A DNA stretch of 32,000 nucleotides, taken from NCBI GenBank assembly GCA_000025185.1, contig CP001848.1, positions 1,230,001 through 1,262,000 on the forward strand. The letters run 5' to 3'. How positions within the stretch are numbered: position 1 is the stretch's first letter; every line of letters begins with the position of its first letter. A program made the translations under genes and the position numbers. This document shows, in pieces, positions 8,524 to 14,855 of the stretch. This DNA comes from Pirellula staleyi DSM 6068 (GTDB lineage Bacteria > Planctomycetota > Planctomycetia > Pirellulales > Pirellulaceae). The notes below the pieces were generated by a model. That model saw only the letters and a program-made list of their open reading frames with translations, ran no database searches and was not told the DNA's origin.

Positions 8524-8853
8524 TTAGAACACGTCCAGAATGAACTGGTGTCCTTGGTGATAGCGGCGTCCTTCGGGATAGGGGTTGTGCCACTGACGGT
8601 TGTAGACCGGCGTGCGCATCTCTTGGGGATAGCGATGATAGAGATCGTCGCTGCTACGATAATATTCATTACCGTAGAAGTTTTGGGGGTAATAGACGTA
8701 GGGATAGTGATAGAAACGTTCCCAGTCACGGGTACCGTACTGTCCACCCCAAGTCCGACCGTAAGCACGCTCTTCTGCTTGGGAGCAGTCGCTGCCGACT
8801 GTCGTGAGCAGACCAGCGACGAGCGCGATCAAAAGAATCGCCTTGCGCATCAT
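8524..8853 (-). CDS. Small secreted Tyr/Arg/His/Pro-rich protein (109-aa precursor)
   Basis: Track ORF 8524..8928. The ATG-ATG at 8853/8850 is preceded by AGGAGGG (reverse complement of 8861-8867) at good spacing. Signal peptide MMRKAILLIALVAGLLTTVGSDCSQA|EE. The predicted mature 83 aa contain 15 Tyr. Confidence 0.6.
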   Translation of the reverse strand: MMRKAILLIALVAGLLTTVGSDCSQAEERAYGRTWGGQYGTRDWERFYHYPYVYYPQNFYGNEYYRSSDDLYHRYPQEMRTPVYNRQWHNPYPEGRRYHQGHQFILDVF

Positions 8854-9060
8854 AAGTGTTCCCTCCTGATTGGAATATAAACACGGCCAGCGCGAGGATT
8901 CTAAGAACGACACAACTCGGCATTCCACGAGAAGATCTCCGGGGGCATCTGCGGGGATGCTCGGGATGATTGACCTGCTCGTCGAGTGCTGCGCCGTGGA
9001 GTTCAGGCCTCGGAGTCTGCGGAAGACTCTCAGCCGATCTGGGTGCTTGCGAACTGACCT

Positions 9061-9279
9061 CTAAGGAGTCTCATCGGCACGCCGCAAGATCGCGATTGAG
9101 AGAATATTCGCCAAAGCCGCCACAACACCACCCACAGACACAATCGCCACAAGCCGCACAACCAAACCACGTTCGGGTCGGGCAAACGAGGCTGACTTTG
9201 CGGGGCAACTGCCCCCGCCATCCCAAAAAAGAAGCAGACTCGCGCCACCCCCAAGGGCTATAGTTAGGAGTTGTGCCAC
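9061..9279 (-). CDS. Candidate small two-helix membrane protein (72 aa, GTG start)
   Basis: Two hydrophobic stretches: AQLLTIALGGGASLLLFW and GLVVRLVAIVSVGGVVAALANILSIAIL. GGAGA lies 7 nt upstream of the GTG. Weak points: T-rich third positions, no recognisable family, and only 39 nt from the divergent start at 9319. Confidence 0.25.
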   Translation of the reverse strand: MAQLLTIALGGGASLLLFWDGGGSCPAKSASFARPERGLVVRLVAIVSVGGVVAALANILSIAILRRADETP

Positions 9280-9318
9280 CGCACTGTCTCCGCGCGCGAC
9301 GCCCCAGGAGCCTCGGCT

Positions 9319-10359
9319 ATGTTCCCTCGATCGATTCCACGCTCCTGCGGGGCGATATCCGCCGCGCTGATGCTCGTCGGTATGCTGGTGAACATCGCCG
9401 GAGCTCAGCAGGTACCCAAGCGTATCGAGATGGAACTCCTGACTGCAGAAGGCTTTCGGAGCGAAGATGCCCGCCCCTGGATCGAGCTGCTGGCGAGCCT
9501 GAATGTCGAAAATGTGCGAATCCGCTCACCTAAAGACGGCGATCAGCTCGGCATTCGGATCGACGGGACCACTGCCCATATTACCGGTCAGCTCCTGGCC
9601 GACGGTCGGCTGTCGCTCCCCAAAGGGAAGTTCTATCGCAGCGACAAAGCTTCCCTCTCTACCTGGCTTAGCAAGCTTACCACCGGCGGCGAAGAGGCAA
9701 TCACCGATAAACCAGTCCATTTCGGCCTCTTTCCGCGTCAGTTTGTCGAGACCCACGATGCCTTGGCGGTGCGAGTCGACTTTGTCACCGAAGGGAAGCT
9801 GCCCCGCGATGTGCTGAAATCGATCTCCGAGCGGATCACCCTCAGCTTCGTGACCGACACCAACTCCAAGGCGGCTTTGGCGTCGGAAGAACCGATGACC
9901 GACGAGCTGCTGGGGCTCGCTTCGGGGACAGCCATCGCCGCCACACTCCGCCCGCTTGGGCTGGTGATGGTTCCCGAGCTCTCGTCGGGCAAAGTTCGGC
10001 TGCGGATCAAAAGCTCGACCGAAGTCACCGAGTCGTGGCCGATCGGCTGGCCATCCGAAAGCACCCCCCGCGAGCTTTGCCCCGATCTCTTCAAGTTCCT
10101 GAATGTCGAGGTCAGCAACACCCCGGTGGGTGAAAGTATGAAAGCAATTGCTGGGCGACTCAAACTGATTTTGCTCGTCGATCACAATGGACTAGCGCGG
10201 GGTGATATCGATCTGGCTAAGACCAAAGTCTCGCTACCCAAAACCAATACCTTTTATGCCCGCGCGCTCGAGCGGCTGCTATTTCAAGCCAAGCTCAAAC
10301 ATGAGCTGCGGATTGATGAAGCGGGAACACCCTTTCTATGGGTCTCCCCTTTAAGATAG
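9319..10359 (+). CDS. Secreted hypothetical protein (346 aa)
   Basis: Track ORF 9271..10359. The ATG at 9319 gives the signal peptide MFPRSIPRSCGAISAALMLVGMLVNIAGA|QQ. Balanced globular composition. The antisense ORF 9526..10185 is Arg/Gly/Pro-rich. I recognise no family. Confidence 0.7.
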   Translation: MFPRSIPRSCGAISAALMLVGMLVNIAGAQQVPKRIEMELLTAEGFRSEDARPWIELLASLNVENVRIRSPKDGDQLGIRIDGTTAHITGQLLADGRLSLPKGKFYRSDKASLSTWLSKLTTGGEEAITDKPVHFGLFPRQFVETHDALAVRVDFVTEGKLPRDVLKSISERITLSFVTDTNSKAALASEEPMTDELLGLASGTAIAATLRPLGLVMVPELSSGKVRLRIKSSTEVTESWPIGWPSESTPRELCPDLFKFLNVEVSNTPVGESMKAIAGRLKLILLVDHNGLARGDIDLAKTKVSLPKTNTFYARALERLLFQAKLKHELRIDEAGTPFLWVSPLR

Positions 10360-10372
10360 CGCGTTGGTCACG

Positions 10373-10393
10373 CTTCTAATGAATGATTAGAAG
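10373..10393. terminator. AT-rich hairpin between convergent genes (possible terminator)
   Basis: Perfect 8-bp stem cttctaat / attagaag with a 5-nt loop gaatg. It sits in the 43-nt gap between stop 10359 (+) and stop 10403 (-). No U-tract. Confidence 0.3.
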
Positions 10394-10402
10394 AATCGAC
10401 TT

Positions 10403-11488
10403 CTAGCGCCCGGCTGTCTCGGTGGTTTTAGGTCCCAGGTCCACAAACACATCGAGCTGCTGCCCCACGAGCACCGGTGCGGTGGGGCTCACGAACTCGT
10501 AGATCACCTGCATCACGCGAGTGTCGACCATTTCGGTGTTGTCGCCGGTGAGCGATGTCTTGGGGATCACCAGCGGCTCGAGCCGGACGAACTTCAGCGG
10601 AAACTCGGCCTTGGTATCGCCGCGCGTCACCGCTTTGGCAGCTGCCGCGCTACGGAACCGGGGGATATCTTCTTCGTCGATATCGACCCGCAGGTAGATC
10701 TTCGACAGATCGCCGATCACCAACAGACCACCACTGCGCGTCGGGCTGACGAGTTCCCCTTTGCGAACGTTCACTTGCAGGATCTGACCATCGATCGGCG
10801 CACGGACAATCGAGCGCTCGATCTCGGTCTCGATCTGCTCGACGTTGGCCTGGGCGGCATCGACAGCAGCGCGGGCCACTTCTTTCTCAGGGTCCCAGGT
10901 TCCTGCCTTCAGCAGCTTGTACTCCGCTTCGGCAGCTTCCACTTCGTAGCGGCTCGCCTCGACCGTGTAGCGTGTTTGATTCAGATCCTCTTGCGATGTG
11001 GCGTTGCTCGCCATCAATTGCTCGAGACGTTTGTAGCGGTCGAGCGACTTTTGGAGATTGGCCTGCGCGGTGCGCACTTTCGCTTCAGCGGGTGGCAGAT
11101 CTTCCGCGCGGGGACGCTGCTCGAGTTCCGCGAGCGAGGCCTGCGCGCTACGCAAATTGGCTTGATTCACTTTCAGCTGCGCTTGCAGTTGGCGGTCGTC
11201 GATTTTCAGCAGCGGCTCGCCTTCTTTCACCGTCGCGCCGACCCGATGCGGTGGATAGTAAAGCTCGAGTACGATGCCCGACTGCGCAGCTCCCACTTCG
11301 AGATTCTCACTCGCCGCTTCGACCACGCCGACCCCAGCGACCGACGACTCGTAGTTCACCGAAGGAGGCCCCACCGGTGGCTCGAGCGGCGGCTTCACCT
11401 CATTGGCCATCACCAAGTGATAGAAGGCAAACGCGAGCATGCCGGCAGCCACCGTCGGCAACAAATAGTTGGTGAAGAGTTTCGACAT
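10403..11488 (-). CDS. HlyD-family periplasmic adaptor (membrane fusion protein; DevB/MacA-like)
   Basis: 361 aa. N-terminal TM LLPTVAAGMLAFAFYHLV. Long coiled-coil (LQAQLKVNQANLRSAQASLAELE...AEAEYKLLK). Beta-barrel-like C-terminal part. AAGGTG lies 4 nt upstream of the ATG. Confidence 0.9.
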   Translation of the reverse strand: MSKLFTNYLLPTVAAGMLAFAFYHLVMANEVKPPLEPPVGPPSVNYESSVAGVGVVEAASENLEVGAAQSGIVLELYYPPHRVGATVKEGEPLLKIDDRQLQAQLKVNQANLRSAQASLAELEQRPRAEDLPPAEAKVRTAQANLQKSLDRYKRLEQLMASNATSQEDLNQTRYTVEASRYEVEAAEAEYKLLKAGTWDPEKEVARAAVDAAQANVEQIETEIERSIVRAPIDGQILQVNVRKGELVSPTRSGGLLVIGDLSKIYLRVDIDEEDIPRFRSAAAAKAVTRGDTKAEFPLKFVRLEPLVIPKTSLTGDNTEMVDTRVMQVIYEFVSPTAPVLVGQQLDVFVDLGPKTTETAGR

Positions 11489-11511
11489 AACGCACCTTAG
11501 TAACCGCGGGG

Positions 11512-11547
11512 GACTGTGTTATTGACTGTGTTGCTGACGGTATTGAT
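11512..11547 (-). repeat. 3 x 12-nt tandem repeat in the ATPase-adaptor intercistronic spacer
   Basis: Plus strand: gactgtgttatt / gactgtgttgct / gacggtattgat. Units 1 vs 2 are 10/12 identical; units 2 vs 3 are 9/12. On the mRNA sense strand this is CA-rich (AUCAAUACCGUC AGCAACACAGUC AAUAACACAGUC) and ends 23 nt before the adaptor ATG. Confidence 0.6.
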
Positions 11548-11595
11548 TGTTGTGGGGAAAGGCCGGTTGCCTGGAAATATTTTGCGAGCTGCAAG

Positions 11596-12381
11596 CTAGT
11601 GACCGTGCGACGACTGGAGACTCGACTGAATCGCTTCGGGGGTTTCGTCGATGTGCGTCACTTGGCCGTCGTTCATGTGAATAATGCGGTCGCCGAACGA
11701 GAAAACGCGGCTGTCGTGCGTCACCACAATCACCGCGCGATCGCTTTGCAGGGCTACGTTGCGCAGCAGTGTCATCACCGTTTGACCACTTTGCGCATCA
11801 AGCGCGGCGGTCGGTTCATCGCACACCATCAGCCGTGGGGAATGCACCAGCGCGCGAGCAATTGCCACGCGCTGCTGTTGTCCACCCGACAGCTGCGAGC
11901 CAAACGATTCGGTCTTGCTGGCAAGCCCCACCGCAGCGAGCATCTCTTTGGCTTTGGCCACCGCTTTGTGACGATATTCGCCAGCGATAATCAGCGGCAC
12001 TGCGGCGTTCTCGGCCGCCGTGAGCGAAGGGAGCAAGTTGTACTGCTGAAACACAAATCCGATGTTCTCTTTGCGGAAGTTTACGAGCTGGGTGCCGCTG
12101 AGTTGCTGCAAGTTACGACCGAGCACCGTCACTTCGCCGCGCGTGGGTGTGAGGAGTCCCGCGATGATCGAAATGAGGGTCGTTTTGCCGCACCCCGAAG
12201 GGCCAACGAGCAGCGTCATTTGACCGGCGTTCACCTCGGCATTGATCCCGCGCAGCGCGAGGGTTTTGGTTTCGCCACTTCCAAATTCTTTTTCCACGCC
12301 GTCGCACACCACTGCCATCGCGGGGTTGGTAGGCTTGGCGGGAAGCTTCGGAGCTCGTCGATTAAAGAAGCTAGAAATCAT
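11596..12381 (-). CDS. ABC transporter ATP-binding protein (MacB/DevA/LolD-type)
   Basis: Walker A GPSGCGKTT, signature LSGGQQQRVAIARAL, Walker B LMVCDEPTAALD, H-loop VTHD. The track start 12393 is GTG. The ATG at 12381 has GGAGAG 4-5 nt upstream, so I prefer it (261 aa). Confidence 0.92.
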   Translation of the reverse strand: MISSFFNRRAPKLPAKPTNPAMAVVCDGVEKEFGSGETKTLALRGINAEVNAGQMTLLVGPSGCGKTTLISIIAGLLTPTRGEVTVLGRNLQQLSGTQLVNFRKENIGFVFQQYNLLPSLTAAENAAVPLIIAGEYRHKAVAKAKEMLAAVGLASKTESFGSQLSGGQQQRVAIARALVHSPRLMVCDEPTAALDAQSGQTVMTLLRNVALQSDRAVIVVTHDSRVFSFGDRIIHMNDGQVTHIDETPEAIQSSLQSSHGH

Positions 12382-12414
12382 ATGTCTCTCCACGCGCTGC
12401 CGCGCACACTTGCC

Positions 12415-13554
12415 CTAGCCTCGGAAGACAACCGCCGGTTCAAGCACCAGCACTTTGCGCAAACTCACGAGGCTCGTGAGCAAGATGATCACCATCACCG
12501 CTACCCCCACCATTCCCGCTGCAAGCCAGGTGAGATGCAGCCCCGCGAGGTGTGTGATTTGATTGGTGTAGGTGAAGAAGATGGCGGTGAGGCCCACTCC
12601 AATGCCATAACCAATCACGCCGACCACACCTGCCTGCAGCAAGATCATGCCGATCAGCCGCGTGTTGGTGACCCCCATCGCTTTGAGCGAACCGAACTGC
12701 TTCAGGTTCTCGAGCGTGAAGAGATAGAACGTCTGTCCCGACACAGCAGCACCGACAATGAAGCCGAGCGCGATCGTGATCCCGAAATTCACCGGAATGC
12801 CGGTGGAGCCGAGGAAGTAGTTAATCGTTTTCCAGAAGAACTGATCGCTCGTGAGCGCCATCAGTCCGGTTTGGCGGTGAATGTTGTCGCAGACTTGCTG
12901 AGGATCAACGCCAGCCGCAGGTTTGGCGAGCACAAACGTAAGGATACTTTCGTTACCCGGCATGAACTGATCGGCCTGGGTATAACGCGTATAAAGAATC
13001 GGGAGGGTCACAAATGGGGGAGAAGCTTTACAGACACCCACCAGGACAGCGCGGCGATCATTGAGTTGAAAGGTGCGGCCGATCTTATAAGGTTGACCAG
13101 GCCACATATACTCATAACCGGCTTTGTCGATGATCACTGCATTGGGGCGGCGCAAATCTTCAAAGCTGCCGGCGACCATTTCGCGCGGGGCACCGACAAG
13201 GGTTGCATCATCGAGGCCAATTAAGACCAGCGTTCGGTAGTTGCCATCTTCGAGCCGAGCAGCGGCTTGCCCTTTGTAGAACCGCACCGCCCACTCCACC
13301 CCACTTACGCCGCGCACGCGCTGCAGATCGGTCGAGGGGAGACCTCGAGCTTCGTCGATGTAGCGGGTTTTTTCGTCCATCACCCAGATGCTGGCGTCGC
13401 GGACATCTTCAATCTGACTCGCCGCTCGGCGAACGATGCCCATGAAGATCGACACCTGCTGCGTCATTAGCAGCGTGGCAAAGGTGATGCTGAAAATCAG
13501 GCTGACATACTTCGCCCGATCGCCGGTGAGCATGCGGAGCGCTAGCCAATACAT
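12415..13554 (-). CDS. ABC transporter permease, FtsX/MacB-like (DevC-type)
   Basis: Track ORF 12415..13665. The ATG at 13554 gives MYWLALRMLTGDRAKYVSLIFSITFATLLM, a typical DevC/MacB N-terminal TM (379 aa). A periplasmic core is followed by a C-terminal FtsX 3-TM bundle. GGGAG lies 9 nt upstream. Confidence 0.88.
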   Translation of the reverse strand: MYWLALRMLTGDRAKYVSLIFSITFATLLMTQQVSIFMGIVRRAASQIEDVRDASIWVMDEKTRYIDEARGLPSTDLQRVRGVSGVEWAVRFYKGQAAARLEDGNYRTLVLIGLDDATLVGAPREMVAGSFEDLRRPNAVIIDKAGYEYMWPGQPYKIGRTFQLNDRRAVLVGVCKASPPFVTLPILYTRYTQADQFMPGNESILTFVLAKPAAGVDPQQVCDNIHRQTGLMALTSDQFFWKTINYFLGSTGIPVNFGITIALGFIVGAAVSGQTFYLFTLENLKQFGSLKAMGVTNTRLIGMILLQAGVVGVIGYGIGVGLTAIFFTYTNQITHLAGLHLTWLAAGMVGVAVMVIILLTSLVSLRKVLVLEPAVVFRG

Positions 13555-13568
13555 AGACGACGACTCCC

Positions 13569-13620
13569 GAGAAGCGTGGCCGCTTCTCCCCCAGGAACCT
13601 GCAATCCAGCCGATTCCTGG
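13569..13620 (-). promoter_or_regulatory. Structured 5' leader of the ABC operon: two consecutive perfect hairpins/palindromes abutting the SD
   Basis: CCAGGAA-N16-TTCCTGG (13591-13620). GAGAAGCG-tggc-CGCTTCTC (13569-13588; 8-bp arms, 4-nt spacer). These are followed immediately on the sense strand by GGGAG and the ATG at 13554. This could be a TetR operator or an mRNA structure. Confidence 0.35.
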
Positions 13621-13737
13621 CAAGGTTAATACGCTGCGAGGTGCTCGCTTCGAGACCTGACTCATCGTTTCCTGTCGGCAAGTTCTTGTTGCGACTGGTC
13701 ACAGAGTCGTTTTCCGACACTTCGTCAATTTCAGATG

Positions 13738-13780
13738 CAAAAAAAGGGCAAACAGGATCGCCCGTTGCCTCGACAAAAAA
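13738..13780 (-). terminator. Weak terminator-like hairpin flanked by A7/T7 runs, between tetR and the ABC permease
   Basis: aaaaaaa-gggcaaacaggatcgcccgttgcc-tcgac-aaaaaaa. Short stem ggcaa(a)c / gttgcc (6 bp with a bulge). On the sense strand it is followed by CTTTTTTT. The stem is marginal. Confidence 0.3.
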
Positions 13781-13928
13781 ACGCTCTCTCACACCATCCC
13801 AGGGTTGCTCGCCAGTCGGCCGAAGTGGTTCCGGGAGAGGAACTTCGGACGACGGAAATCAGCGAGAATAGGGACTCGATCTAAGGTCGCACCAGCAATC
13901 AGCCAGTTTGTTTGTAGTCTTTGGTTCT

Positions 13929-14663
13929 TTAGGCCATGCCAGCAGCGAGCGATTCTTCGGCAAACAGGTCGCGGAGGATTCGCCGATAGGTCGCTTCGTA
14001 GTCCCACTCGGTGAAGAGGGGGCGCCAGCCGTAGCCATCAAGCAGGGTCTGACAATGCATCCGGATCGTGTTGTAAGGCATGGTGATACCGAACTTTACG
14101 AGCAGATCGCGATCGGTATGAATGATCGCTTGCCCGCCAAAGTTGAGGGCCCACAGTGCCAGGACGATATCGGCCGTGGTAAGCGAAGCGGGGAGCTGCA
14201 GATCGCCGACCTGCACTGCATCGTCGACCACACTTTTCACCACGCCAAAACAGCATCCCTCTTGCGAAAGCATGGCGGAACGACGCTCGGGGGTTGCTCG
14301 TTCGTCGAGCCCGGCCATTTTCACAATTTGTTCCGACTGGGCATGGTAGGGATGAAGTCGAATGAACAACTCCCCCGCCACACCAATCGCCAGCATCCGC
14401 TCGCGAGGACGTCCCTCGAATTTCGTGGCCCGCTCGAACAGCTGCGTACGTGCTTCCGCACTCTGCACGGCGAGGGCCATGACGAGATCTTCTTTCGACG
14501 CAAAGTGTTGGTAAATAACACCTTTGGAATACTCGGTTTGGTCGGCCAAGCGGTCCATACTGAGGCCCGCGTAGCCTTGCTCCACCAGCATTCGACGGGA
14601 GATGTCGAGGATCAACTGCTCCCGTTCGCGAATTTCACGTTGTTTTCGAGTTAGTGTGCTCAC
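13929..14663 (-). CDS. TetR/AcrR-family transcriptional regulator
   Basis: 244 aa, GTG start. N-terminal HTH: GYAGLSMDRLADQTEYSKGVIYQHFASKEDL. Sits upstream of, and co-directional with, the ABC exporter genes. Confidence 0.9.
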   Translation of the reverse strand: MSTLTRKQREIREREQLILDISRRMLVEQGYAGLSMDRLADQTEYSKGVIYQHFASKEDLVMALAVQSAEARTQLFERATKFEGRPRERMLAIGVAGELFIRLHPYHAQSEQIVKMAGLDERATPERRSAMLSQEGCCFGVVKSVVDDAVQVGDLQLPASLTTADIVLALWALNFGGQAIIHTDRDLLVKFGITMPYNTIRMHCQTLLDGYGWRPLFTEWDYEATYRRILRDLFAEESLAAGMA

Positions 14664-14855
14664 AATGCGATTATTGACACATCGTCGGAAAAAGACAATG
14701 CGTCAGTTCTGTAAATTTTTGAAGAATTGCATGCCCCGGTCTTCATCGATTCAGCGCGTTGTTCTGGGGCATCTGGGGAACTATAGTCAGTCGCACAGGA
14801 CGCCGCCCAGTTCCGGCGTTTGCCGACGTTCTCTTGCACGGAGTGGCGATTGTTT

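Noticed and set aside
9526-10185. 219-aa minus-strand ORF inside the 346-aa secreted orphan gene
   Set aside because: Neither frame has a known family. The plus frame has a proper signal peptide, an ATG start and balanced composition. The minus product is Gly/Arg/Pro-rich, so it is judged spurious, with less certainty than the other cases.
11599-13224. 541-aa plus-strand ORF opposite the ABC ATPase and permease
   Set aside because: The minus strand has Walker A/B, the ABC signature and FtsX-type TM segments. The plus-strand product is His/Arg-rich and spans two genes plus their junction, which no real gene would mirror.
13908-14654. 248-aa plus-strand ORF opposite the TetR gene
   Set aside because: The minus frame has a canonical TetR HTH at the N-terminus. 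The plus frame has none and simply mirrors it.
14661-14732. ACAATGCG direct repeat (14662-14669 and 14695-14702) plus a near-inverted copy AATTGCAT (14725-14732) in the tetR / NPP divergent region, considered as a TetR operator
   Set aside because: The words are only 8 nt and imperfectly symmetric, and there is no copy near the ABC operon start. This is too weak to call as a feature, and is mentioned only as a target for footprinting.
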